From: Armatimonadota bacterium
GTDB lineage: Bacteria > Armatimonadota > UBA5829 > DSUL01
Reading direction: 5' to 3'
NCBI GenBank assembly: GCA_039811685.1
Contig: JBDHZC010000008.1
Coordinates: forward strand, 1-64,000
DNA length: 64,000 nt
Each line of letters starts with the position of its first letter. The stretch's first letter is position 1. The notes beneath the pieces are model-generated. The model made no database searches, was not told where the DNA came from, and saw only the letters and a list, made by a program, of their open reading frames with translations. This document shows positions 42,486 through 51,626 of the stretch, one piece after another. A program made the position numbers and the translations under genes.

Positions 42486-43631
42486 TCAGGCCGCCTCCAG
42501 CTCCACCGCGTCTTCGGCTGTCACGAAGTGCCCCAACGCCAGCCCCATAGCAATGGCGTACGCTGGAGCCAGATTCTGTAGCCTGTCCACACTGAGGCGA
42601 CTGCTGAGCACGGACAGTCCCGAGAAAGGATTGACGGTCTTGACGTCGTAGTTCAGACGGTCTGCAAGGCAGGTATCCAGTCCACGCAGGACAACCCCGC
42701 CACCACCCAGCGTTACACGCCCGATCATTCCGAGATAGCTGCCTTCGGAGAACTGCGATTGGAAGTGACGCAGGCTGCGCCCAATTTCTCGAACCAGGCG
42801 ATCCAGCACAGCTTCACATGGCGCTTCGACCGTCCGACTGCCATCCATCGTGCGAAGAGTCCCACCAGTCTCAACGCGCGCAACAGCGGCCGTTTTTGCA
42901 GCCTCTCCTCGCGCGATGTCCCCGCCTGTGGCCTTGGCCAGGAGCAGCGTAAACTGGTTGCTCCCGACGGGGATGGAACGGGCAAACTCCAGCGCACTTC
43001 CCCGCGTGATGCACACAAGCGTACTGTCATACCCGATAACGCAGTGGGCCTCCGGCTGCCCGCTCCACAGAGCGCTTTTGTGCTTGTAACCGCATATTGC
43101 CCGCGTCACAGCCATCGGAGCCGGATCGACAGCGACCGGCTCAAGACCGGCTCGCTCGGCTGTGTCCATGAGGGTGTCAACGGCGGATTCGCGCGCCGCA
43201 ACGACCATCACATGGTTGATGAGACGCCCCCGGCGCTCTTTGGAGGAGAGAACGCGGTAGTCGGTAACAGCTTCGTGAGAAGGAAAGGTGATTCCACGAA
43301 CCGCCGCGTGCCGGACGATATCTTCCAGGACGTCGTCCGCTTCGACCTCCAGATGATGCCAGCGCATGTTGATGTGGCGCAGGTCTATTGAAGCAATGAC
43401 CTGAGAGCTGGAGAATCCACCCTGTCTCCAGAGGTTCCTGAGCGCGCCCGCGATGGCGGCACGGTCTTGAATGGCCCCGTCCACCACCGCACCCGGTGGA
43501 GTGGGCACCATATCCGCGCCATGCAGGAACAGCTCATCTGCGCGCCAGACCAGCTCGACTGCCTTGATAGCACTCGAACCGATGTCAATACCCGCGCATG
43601 CGTCCCGGGTTTTGCCGTACTCTCTGCCCAA
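42486..43631 (-). CDS. pilM: PilM (FtsA/actin-like) pilus assembly protein
   Basis: GIDIGSSAIKAVEL, AGLEPVAVD, LGGGG, VNPF, AIAMGLAL; TTG start with AGGAG SD. Confidence 0.9.
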   Translation of the reverse strand: MGREYGKTRDACAGIDIGSSAIKAVELVWRADELFLHGADMVPTPPGAVVDGAIQDRAAIAGALRNLWRQGGFSSSQVIASIDLRHINMRWHHLEVEADDVLEDIVRHAAVRGITFPSHEAVTDYRVLSSKERRGRLINHVMVVAARESAVDTLMDTAERAGLEPVAVDPAPMAVTRAICGYKHKSALWSGQPEAHCVIGYDSTLVCITRGSALEFARSIPVGSNQFTLLLAKATGGDIARGEAAKTAAVARVETGGTLRTMDGSRTVEAPCEAVLDRLVREIGRSLRHFQSQFSEGSYLGMIGRVTLGGGGVVLRGLDTCLADRLNYDVKTVNPFSGLSVLSSRLSVDRLQNLAPAYAIAMGLALGHFVTAEDAVELEAA

Positions 43632-43698
43632 AGGTCTCCTCTGTAAAGGTATCTCGGCAGAAAGGCGGCATTTCTTGAGCAGACGGCCCGGTGAGCGC

Positions 43699-44022
43699 TT
43701 AGCTGTTTATGAGTGTGAAAGAGGTTGCGTAGATGAAAAGATACGCCGCAATCGTGAACGTCTCGACTAATGCGCCCATCCGCGGACGCCTTGCCCGGTA
43801 CCAGGTGAGGACCGCGACGTAAGCCATAAGTGACCAGGCTTTGACGAGCGAAAAGACCAGCCATCCGTACGGCAAAAGTGAGCGCATAACGGGATTGGCT
43901 TCCACGGCGATGCCGGCCTCAAGGAGGATGATCGTGGAGATCAGATCGAGCAGCCCTATTATGACGAGGATGCGGCTTTGAACAGAAACGCATGTTCTGA
44001 GGAGGTTCATGTGTCTATTCAT
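43699..44022 (-). CDS. Small membrane protein, DUF5658-like
   Basis: LDLIST...EANPVM...K motif and three hydrophobic segments; family name recalled from memory. Confidence 0.7.
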   Translation of the reverse strand: MNRHMNLLRTCVSVQSRILVIIGLLDLISTIILLEAGIAVEANPVMRSLLPYGWLVFSLVKAWSLMAYVAVLTWYRARRPRMGALVETFTIAAYLFIYATSFTLINS

Positions 44023-44127
44023 GCTACCCCGCCAACCAGAGGAAGACTACTGGCGGTATTGCCAGTTCTCACCTGCCCTGACAAGATATCTGAAGGAAAC
44101 TCCTGTTCCAGACTCAAACAGGCTCTT

Positions 44128-44820
44128 GTGAAACCGCAAATACTGTTACTCTTCACAGCGCTTGCCTGCGCAACCGGATCAGCAGGTGTACCCAAAGGCT
44201 CTCGCCACAATCTGCTCACGAACGGCGGATTTGAAGACTCAGGCAAGCGTCAGGACGGAGTGGCGGCGGGCTGGGAGACTCTGTGCGGAGGGCCTCATCC
44301 TGAGATATATGCTCTGGACACCGTTGTCCGCCACTCAGGAAGGCAGTCACAACGGATGGGAAGCGTGGGGTACAACTACCGCTGGACTGAAAGTGGAGGG
44401 TACTGTTTTGATAAAGCTGACGGCCGTGAACACAAGCACCCTGTCCCTCTGGAAATAGGAAATCAGGCTCTGGCGCAGACAACGAAACCTGGCGCCATCA
44501 AGCCAGGACACACCTACAAAGCCCGTGTCTGGGTTAAGATACAGGGGTTGACGGAGAAGTGGGAATGGTTCCGGCTAGGTATTTACTGGCTGGACGGCAA
44601 CGGGCAATTCATCAGCGAAGTGCGGGAGCCGGACGCAGACAAGCCAAATGTGGCATCGCACGACTGGAAGGCTGTTGAGGCAGCCGGCAAGGCGCCAGAG
44701 AGAGCAGCGGCTGCAAAGGTTTATCTGCACCATCACTTTACCCACGGAACAGTCTGGTACGACGATGTGAGCCTGACGGATGTCACAAGCGAACAGCAGG
44801 CTACTTCCTATGGGCCCTGA
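44128..44820 (+). CDS. Secreted CBM4/9-like carbohydrate-binding protein
   Basis: Signal peptide from GTG 44128; NLLTNGGFED...HSGRQS...KPGHTY...VWYDDVSL. Confidence 0.7.
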   Translation: MKPQILLLFTALACATGSAGVPKGSRHNLLTNGGFEDSGKRQDGVAAGWETLCGGPHPEIYALDTVVRHSGRQSQRMGSVGYNYRWTESGGYCFDKADGREHKHPVPLEIGNQALAQTTKPGAIKPGHTYKARVWVKIQGLTEKWEWFRLGIYWLDGNGQFISEVREPDADKPNVASHDWKAVEAAGKAPERAAAAKVYLHHHFTHGTVWYDDVSLTDVTSEQQATSYGP

Positions 44821-45746
44821 CGCTCTCCGATAGAGGACCAGTCCAGAGCGCCCCTGGTTTTCAGAAACTCCAACGTCTGCTGCCGGGTTGGCAGGCCGGT
44901 GCGCCCACCCGGGTGCTGACACTTGATGGCGGCAACTGCGGCGGCAAACTCACAACAGCGCGGTGTGTCCCAGCCGCAGGCTATACCGTAGGCGAAAGCG
45001 CCGTGGAAGGCGTCTCCAGCCCCCGTTGTATCAACGACTTCTACGTAGAAAGCGCTGTCCCCACCACGCCCTACAGCATCAGAATAGACATAGCCTTCAC
45101 TGCCCAGGGTAATGACAGCAGTGGTTGGTCCCATCCCGTGTATCGTTTCTAGAGCCTCTGCAGGATCATCTGCACACCCCATCGCCTCCGCAAAGTGGCG
45201 TGGCGCTATGAGGACGTCAATGTGCTGGAGGAGCTCGTCGTTACGGGCATCGGGCGTCATGTCGGCAATAACCGGGACACCACCCGCACGGGCGACTTCG
45301 GCTGCTGCGCGGCTGAGATTTATGTAGTAGTCGTCCACCAGAAGCGCATGTGTGTGCTTGATTCCTCTGAGAGCTTCAGCAGGCCGGTTCCAGTACAAAT
45401 CCTGCGCCTGCCGATGGAAGATAGTGCGCTCCCCGCTTGCGGAGTCAACGTGAACAAAGCTGAAAGGACTCTTCGCACCCTCGACGCGCCAGACACAGGA
45501 CGTGGACACGCGCTCGTCATTGAGTTCGTCAATAATCTCATCACCAATGTCGTCATCCCCCAGCAGACTCCACAAATCGCAGGCCGCCCCCAGACGCGCG
45601 CACGCAACCAGCGCCGTCGCCACCAGGCCTCCACCCTGTTTGCGATAGTCTCGAATCCGGCCAGTGTTGCCAATGGGGACCTGTGGAGCGGTTACAATGT
45701 GGTCGAGACAGCAGATTCCAGCGCCTGCAATTCTTGGTGATGCCAT
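44808..45746 (-). CDS. PfkB family carbohydrate kinase
   Basis: GG...ARLG, VITLGSEG, VVDTTGAGDAF signature. Confidence 0.93.
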   Translation of the reverse strand: MASPRIAGAGICCLDHIVTAPQVPIGNTGRIRDYRKQGGGLVATALVACARLGAACDLWSLLGDDDIGDEIIDELNDERVSTSCVWRVEGAKSPFSFVHVDSASGERTIFHRQAQDLYWNRPAEALRGIKHTHALLVDDYYINLSRAAAEVARAGGVPVIADMTPDARNDELLQHIDVLIAPRHFAEAMGCADDPAEALETIHGMGPTTAVITLGSEGYVYSDAVGRGGDSAFYVEVVDTTGAGDAFHGAFAYGIACGWDTPRCCEFAAAVAAIKCQHPGGRTGLPTRQQTLEFLKTRGALDWSSIGERQGP

Positions 45747-45865
45747 AGAGTTTTCCGGTGATGCTGACCTAGCTTGAATACATTATGACTGACGGCCGCC
45801 CGGCATGCCGTGGGAGCGCCAGGCTCCAGAGACGCTCTGACATAACCGCACTAATTGATGGACGG

Positions 45866-48430
45866 TTATTTCCCCGGTATCTTCAGAGTAGCGATCTTCC
45901 AGCCGCCGATCTCCAGTGGGCCGTGTTGTGGCTCTGCCTCCCGCTCCAGGAAATTCACCGACTGGGCCCCTTCGTTTGCAGCGCCTTCCAGACGGACGGC
46001 CATAGAGCCTTTCTGACCCGAGGTTTCCGCGAGCCGGGCGACAACGGAATCGTCCCGGTAGGATTTCATCAACGCTGTCAGAAGGATATTGTCGCTGCCC
46101 TGAAAGCTCCCATACGAATGCCGCTCACCCAACTTGCCTGAGCAGCTTTGTGGCATATGCGGCTGTAAAGGAGCGTTGATCTCTCGCGCTCTGCGCTCAA
46201 TGAGCGCTTCTCTAAAGTCACCCTTATGTGGGATAAGCGTGTGATGGAATACGTGAGAGCCGGCATCGCGCGCTCCGTCGAAGTCCGGGCAATCATAGTA
46301 TTCCGGCTCATTCAAGCACCATCGATCCGCCGGGCTGCGTAGTAGCGAAACCAAGAGCAGCCCCTCTTCAACACAATGTGATGGAGTTCCGGTGTTGACC
46401 AGTGCCACTCCACGCTCACTTTTCTGACAATGGACGTCCACCCAGTTGACAGCGGGCCAGTCGCCGTTCGTTGAAGGAAACTGGGTCATGTCCGGCGTGT
46501 AGGCCGCTCGCCTAAGTGCGCCGTAAGGAATCGAATAGGTGGCTTCGCTAGTTGCAATGCCGGTCGGAAAGGCCATCCGGATCCGCCGCTGTGCGCTGTC
46601 CCAGTCGATCTCTGTCTTGAAGTCAATGCGATCAACACCAGCGTAAAGTTTGACGGACTGCCGCCAGCTCAGGATGTGTGTCCCGCTGTCCTGACCACGG
46701 TATTGACCGGATAGAGCTATCTCCTGGCATTTGGACGCCTTCCGGATAGTCACCCTCGTGGTGTAGTCGCCGAGCCCTTCCCGGAACGCAGGCGCCTGCA
46801 TCGTGCCCCAGGGGTGGCCGATGTCCTCTTCGAGAATCAGCTCCCCGACGCGAAAATCAGCGGCTGACAACAAAGCCTCACCCGTGCGAACGTCGCTCAC
46901 AGATTCAATTCCGCTGGCGCTGCAGGAGATACGGAAGAACTCGTTGCTGATTTCTCCCGGGCCGGCAGTGATATCTCCGATGTTGATCGGAGCGCTGTCA
47001 GGTTGGATGTGTACGGTAGCGAATCCGAGAGCGGGAACTTCCGGTGGCGCAAAAGTGACCTGAACCATCTCGCCTTCAGCCGAGCAGTCCAGAATGTCTA
47101 TCTGCGTCCCATTCGGACCTGTCAGGCGTGGGACTCCCTGAACTCCTTCCAGAACGACTGACACGGGATCGTTGCGTTGCCAGGAATCAGCGTTGAAAAT
47201 GGCGATGGACTGCTCCGGCTCACCGGCGATCTCACAGGCCAGAGACTCAAGCGCATCCTCCAGCACATGGCCTGCTTCATGCTCTGCATGCCCAAGTATA
47301 TCAAGGATTTCAAAGTAAGCCTGATCAATATGGGTGCTGGTGATTGCGTCGTGAAAGGCGACAAATGACAGGTCCCGCCAGGCATCCAGCAACGCCTCTT
47401 CCGGATAATCAGCGCCGTGAAGGTAGGCCACCGCAGCCCAGCGCTCAGCAACATTCAGGATATTCTCTATGCGGCGGAACTCCTGCTTGATACGGATGCG
47501 GCTGACATAGCACCCCGTTGAAACTGGGTTGGCCTCGACCTCGTTTGAGGCCACAAAATCGCCCGCCTTCATACGCGCGATTTCCTCTGCGTAATACTGC
47601 GCGATGCTGTGGAAGCCTCCCCACTCAACAGCCACGTCAGCGCGGGTGGCAAATCTGGAGGCGATTTCCGGCAGGTGCGGACTTGGGACAGCCTCCTCCC
47701 CGCCAAAGGCCAGCAGCCAGAACGGGGACTGTGAAAAATCCTCGCCCAGAGCGCGCTGGATGTCGGCGTCCGGGATAAATCCACGCTCCACTTCAAGGCC
47801 CGTGTCCTGGCACTGAGCGCATCCCATTCCCTGACACACGGGACACGGCGGAATTTTGACGCAATGCCCGGCGCCACCACCGCGCGGCTCCTGTCCCGTA
47901 AAAATTGGTGTGCCATCGAGGCCTGTCCACACAGTCCCCGGTACGCGCTTGTAGCTGAGGCGGTGAACCATATCGCATTCGCAGCCCCGGAATATCTGCG
48001 GCATCTGGGCGCTCTGTCCAAAGGCGTCTTCCAGCCATCCATCAGACGGAATGACACCAAAGGCCTCCTCGAACCAGAGCTGCCCAATCACAAGATTGCG
48101 CAGGAGAGTCTCACCGGAGGGCATGTTAGTGTCAGGGACGACCTCCCCTGCGGCCGTCAGCTCAATACGACCGCGTCGAACAAGCTCCCGCACTTCTTCC
48201 AGACGCTCCGGATTGCGCTCAAGGAAGGTGCGAATGACCAGCGCCTGACCCTCGGACACGCTTGCGCCGGATTTCGCGTTGTCCAGCCAGATGTTGAAGA
48301 ACAGCTCTTCGAGCTCTGCATACGGACGATAGCGCTTTCCGAGATAGTCGAATGAACGTTTCCAGCCACGACGCCATATCGGGTCGAAGTGATTGTGCTG
48401 GACGAGACAAACGTGCGGTTTCTGCGACAT
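45866..48430 (-). CDS. Glycoside hydrolase family 38 (alpha-mannosidase-like)
   Basis: HNHFDPIW Zn ligands, DTNMPSGE, WLEDAFG nucleophile, FHDAI; no signal peptide. Start set to ATG 48430. Confidence 0.88.
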   Translation of the reverse strand: MSQKPHVCLVQHNHFDPIWRRGWKRSFDYLGKRYRPYAELEELFFNIWLDNAKSGASVSEGQALVIRTFLERNPERLEEVRELVRRGRIELTAAGEVVPDTNMPSGETLLRNLVIGQLWFEEAFGVIPSDGWLEDAFGQSAQMPQIFRGCECDMVHRLSYKRVPGTVWTGLDGTPIFTGQEPRGGGAGHCVKIPPCPVCQGMGCAQCQDTGLEVERGFIPDADIQRALGEDFSQSPFWLLAFGGEEAVPSPHLPEIASRFATRADVAVEWGGFHSIAQYYAEEIARMKAGDFVASNEVEANPVSTGCYVSRIRIKQEFRRIENILNVAERWAAVAYLHGADYPEEALLDAWRDLSFVAFHDAITSTHIDQAYFEILDILGHAEHEAGHVLEDALESLACEIAGEPEQSIAIFNADSWQRNDPVSVVLEGVQGVPRLTGPNGTQIDILDCSAEGEMVQVTFAPPEVPALGFATVHIQPDSAPINIGDITAGPGEISNEFFRISCSASGIESVSDVRTGEALLSAADFRVGELILEEDIGHPWGTMQAPAFREGLGDYTTRVTIRKASKCQEIALSGQYRGQDSGTHILSWRQSVKLYAGVDRIDFKTEIDWDSAQRRIRMAFPTGIATSEATYSIPYGALRRAAYTPDMTQFPSTNGDWPAVNWVDVHCQKSERGVALVNTGTPSHCVEEGLLLVSLLRSPADRWCLNEPEYYDCPDFDGARDAGSHVFHHTLIPHKGDFREALIERRAREINAPLQPHMPQSCSGKLGERHSYGSFQGSDNILLTALMKSYRDDSVVARLAETSGQKGSMAVRLEGAANEGAQSVNFLEREAEPQHGPLEIGGWKIATLKIPGK

Positions 48431-48549
48431 AAATCTAAGGTAATCCTTGCCAGGGTTGCTGTCAGCCCGGAGGGCCAACAGGAGGTTAGTGAAGAGCAGC
48501 GCTTATCCCTGCGCACGGCGCCGCCTGAACAGGTAAAGCGGAGGGAGCG

Positions 48550-49404
48550 CTATGCGCCTGCCGCGCGCCGGGCGGCCTTGATGGTGTTCTCAAGCAGCAT
48601 GGCAATGGTCATCGGCCCTACCCCGCCCGGAACTGGAGTGATCCAGGATGCGACCTCACAGGTGGCCTGAAACTCCACATCGCCGACATGTGTCCCATCT
48701 TCAAAGCGGGTGTATCCCGCATCCAGCACACACGCACCCGGCTTGATCCAGCTCGCCTTGATCATTTCCGCCCGTCCCACTGCCGCTACCAGAATGTCCG
48801 CGTGCCGGCAGATGTCCGCCAGGTCTTTCGTGCGGCTGTGGCAGATTGTGACAGTCGCATGCTTCTCAAGCAGCATCAACGCCATCGGTTTTCCCAGAAT
48901 AATGCTGCGTCCAACGATAACCGCGGTCCTGCCTTCGATGGGTACGGCGTAGTGGGCCAACAAGCGCATCATGCCCTCCGGCGTGCAAGGGCGAAATCCC
49001 GGAAGTCCGACAATCAGACGGCCCAGGCTCAGTGTGGAAATGCCGTCCACGTCTTTGTTTACGAGGACCGCATCCAGAATTGGCTGCTCATCCAGATGGC
49101 GCGGCAATGGATGCTGCACCAGGATTCCGTGAACTTTTCCGCTGCCGCCCAGGCTATGGACCAGGTCGAGGACGTGTTCCTGAGAGGCATCCGCTGGCAA
49201 CTGGTGCACCTCCGAGTGCATCCCAATGGCCATCGAAGCCTTGCGCTTCATGTTCACATAGGCCACAGACCCCGGATCGTCACCGACTATCACGACATCC
49301 AGCCGAGGTGTCACGCCCGAGCTTTTTTGAAGCGCTTCCACCTCACCCGATAACTCTGTCCGAATGGTCTTTGCGAGCAACGAGCCATCAAGAATTGTTG
49401 CCAT
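48550..49404 (-). CDS. folD: Bifunctional methylene-THF dehydrogenase/cyclohydrolase
   Basis: YVNMK, KDVDG, PCTP, GRSIILGKP, ITPVPGGVGPMT. Confidence 0.97.
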   Translation of the reverse strand: MATILDGSLLAKTIRTELSGEVEALQKSSGVTPRLDVVIVGDDPGSVAYVNMKRKASMAIGMHSEVHQLPADASQEHVLDLVHSLGGSGKVHGILVQHPLPRHLDEQPILDAVLVNKDVDGISTLSLGRLIVGLPGFRPCTPEGMMRLLAHYAVPIEGRTAVIVGRSIILGKPMALMLLEKHATVTICHSRTKDLADICRHADILVAAVGRAEMIKASWIKPGACVLDAGYTRFEDGTHVGDVEFQATCEVASWITPVPGGVGPMTIAMLLENTIKAARRAAGA

Positions 49405-49846
49405 TGTGCCCTCTTCCCGCGCCAGCGCGCGAGGCTTCCTTTGCCCGGGCGCCTTCCAGCACCCCGTTTACAAACTTTGCTGACTCTGCCGTACTGTAGA
49501 GTTTAGCCAGCTCGATAGCTTCGTCCATCACGATACTCGACGGTGTTCCGACACGATCCATCTCATACAACGCCAGCCGAAGGATATTGCGATCAACGCT
49601 GGGCTGTCTCTCAGATGGCCACTCCGGAGCTAAGGCAGAAGCAATGCGGTCGGCTTCGGTGGCATAGTCCCAGGCCCCCCGCGCAAGCTCAACGCCTATT
49701 TCGAAGGATTCAGGAGCAACCTGAGCATTCTCTGACGCGGTCCTGACGGCATCATCCAACCCGATTTTGGCGACGTCAACCTGAAAAAGCAGATTGAGAG
49801 CCATCTCGCGGGCCGAGCGCATAACCTTCCTGAGAGGTTTTTTCAT
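49388..49846 (-). CDS. nusB: Transcription antitermination factor NusB
   Basis: AREMALNLLFQ, DRNILRLALYE, DEAIELAKLY, FVNGVL. Confidence 0.95.
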   Translation of the reverse strand: MKKPLRKVMRSAREMALNLLFQVDVAKIGLDDAVRTASENAQVAPESFEIGVELARGAWDYATEADRIASALAPEWPSERQPSVDRNILRLALYEMDRVGTPSSIVMDEAIELAKLYSTAESAKFVNGVLEGARAKEASRAGAGRGHNGNNS

Positions 49847-51213
49847 GCCGCAGCGCGACCGTTGCTCGCTATGAGGTTAGTCACGAAGTTGGTCGTGAAC
49901 TCGCCCTTGCGGTAGTCAGCATGCTGCAGAATCTTCGCGTGCACCGCGGCGTTGGTCTTTATGCCCTCAACCTGAAGCTCTGAGAGACACCGCAGCATCC
50001 GATCGATGGCCTCCGTCCGATCGTGCCCCCACACGATCAGCTTGCCAAGCAGCGGATCGTAGTACGGTGGGACAGTGTAGTCCTGATAGACGTAGGAGTC
50101 GATGCGCACGCCCGGACCCCCTGGCCAGTTGAGCTTGCTGATGGTGCCCGAGGACGGCTTGAAATCGTTGTCCGGGTCTTCGGCAGTGATACGGCATTCT
50201 ATCGCATGTCCGTTGGGCCTGATGTCCTTCTGGGAAAACGGCAGTTTTTCACCGTTGGCGATCGCAAGCTGCAGTTTGACCAGATCCAGACCTACCGTCG
50301 CTTCTGTTACGGGATGCTCCACCTGAATGCGCGTGTTCATCTCCATAAAGTAGAAGTTGCGCTCTGAATCCACCAGAAACTCAATAGTTCCAGCGCTGAA
50401 GTATCCGACTGCCTTCGCCGCTCGCACAGCCGCTTCGCCCATCGCATGCCGAGTTTTTTCGTCCAGGACCGGACATGGCGCCTCCTCAATCATCTTCTGG
50501 CGGCGGTTGTTCTGGATAGAACACTCGCGCTCTCCCAGATGCACACACGCGCCGTGCTTGTCCGCCAGCACCTGCACCTCCACATGGCGCGCTTTCTCGA
50601 TGAGCTTCTCCATATAGACATCGCCCACCCCGAAGGCCGCTTCCGCCTCTGTTGTGGCGGTCCTGAGAGCAGCCAGCAGATCGTCCGGGCGATCTACCCT
50701 GCGGATTCCCCGTCCGCCGCCGCCAGCGGAAGCCTTGATGAGCAGAGGAAATCCCATACGCGAAGCCGTTCTCATCGCCTCCTGCTCATTGGTGATGATT
50801 CCCTTGGCCCCGGGAATAACCGGGACTTTGGCTTTTTCGACTATCTCTCTGGCTTTTGCCTTGTCACCCATGGACTCGATCGCTGAAGCAGGCGGGCCGA
50901 TGAACTGAAGGTTGCAGGCTTCACATGCTTCAGTGAAGCTGGGAGATTCTGAAAAGTAGCCATAGCCTGGATGGATTGCGTCCGCTCCGGTGATGATGGC
51001 GGCGCTGATAATGTTGGGCATGTGCAGATAGCTGTCTTTACTGGACGCAGGGCCAACGCAAACCGCCTCATCTGCAAGCTGGACGTGCAGACTGTCCTGA
51101 TCCGCCTCCGAATAAACCGCTACTGAGGCCACGCCAAGCTCGCGACATGCGCGGATGATTCTGACGGCAATCTCACCCCGGTTCGCTATCAGCACCTTTT
51201 TGATTGCGCCCAT
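49843..51213 (-). CDS. accC: Acetyl-CoA carboxylase biotin carboxylase
   Basis: LIANRGEIA, HPGYG, GGGGRG, FMEMNTRIQVEHPVTE, YYDP. Confidence 0.97.
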   Translation of the reverse strand: MGAIKKVLIANRGEIAVRIIRACRELGVASVAVYSEADQDSLHVQLADEAVCVGPASSKDSYLHMPNIISAAIITGADAIHPGYGYFSESPSFTEACEACNLQFIGPPASAIESMGDKAKAREIVEKAKVPVIPGAKGIITNEQEAMRTASRMGFPLLIKASAGGGGRGIRRVDRPDDLLAALRTATTEAEAAFGVGDVYMEKLIEKARHVEVQVLADKHGACVHLGERECSIQNNRRQKMIEEAPCPVLDEKTRHAMGEAAVRAAKAVGYFSAGTIEFLVDSERNFYFMEMNTRIQVEHPVTEATVGLDLVKLQLAIANGEKLPFSQKDIRPNGHAIECRITAEDPDNDFKPSSGTISKLNWPGGPGVRIDSYVYQDYTVPPYYDPLLGKLIVWGHDRTEAIDRMLRCLSELQVEGIKTNAAVHAKILQHADYRKGEFTTNFVTNLIASNGRAAA

Positions 51214-51623
51214 CAGCCCTCCTCTTTCAGTGTCATCAGCAGTTGTCCGTATTCGACCGGAGAACCGTCCTCAACCAGAAGCTCTTCCACTGTTCCACCG
51301 ACTGACGCCGTCAACTCATTCATCAGCTTCATGGATTCAATCAACCCGACGACCTGTCCCGGCTGGACGGTCATACCGGGCGCAAGGCCATCCGCATGGC
51401 GATAAATGCCCACCATTGCCGCACAAATGCGGTGAAGCGGAGCGGCAGCAGGTTCAGGAGCGCCCTCCAGATCAGACGCCTGCGCTTCAGGCTCGTCCTC
51501 TTCCGGCGGCAGTTCCTGCCCGCGCCTGAGCTTCACAGACAAACCATTGGCGCTGACCTCGAGCTCGCTTACCGCGGAGCGCTGCAGCAGTCTGATCAAA
51601 TCTTCTACTACGTCAATATCCAA
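51213..51623 (-). CDS. accB: Biotin carboxyl carrier protein
   Basis: ESMKLMN biotinylation site, VEYGQ; adjacent to accC; TTG start. Confidence 0.92.
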   Translation of the reverse strand: MDIDVVEDLIRLLQRSAVSELEVSANGLSVKLRRGQELPPEEDEPEAQASDLEGAPEPAAAPLHRICAAMVGIYRHADGLAPGMTVQPGQVVGLIESMKLMNELTASVGGTVEELLVEDGSPVEYGQLLMTLKEEG

Positions 51624-51626
51624 ATG

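Noticed and set aside
45783..45860. ATGACTGACGG...GGGAG resembling the 5' part of a ZTP (pfl) riboswitch, with folD about 3 kb away
   Set aside because: The 3' CCGNCYGGGC pseudoknot hairpin is missing, and it lies on the plus strand with no co-oriented downstream gene.
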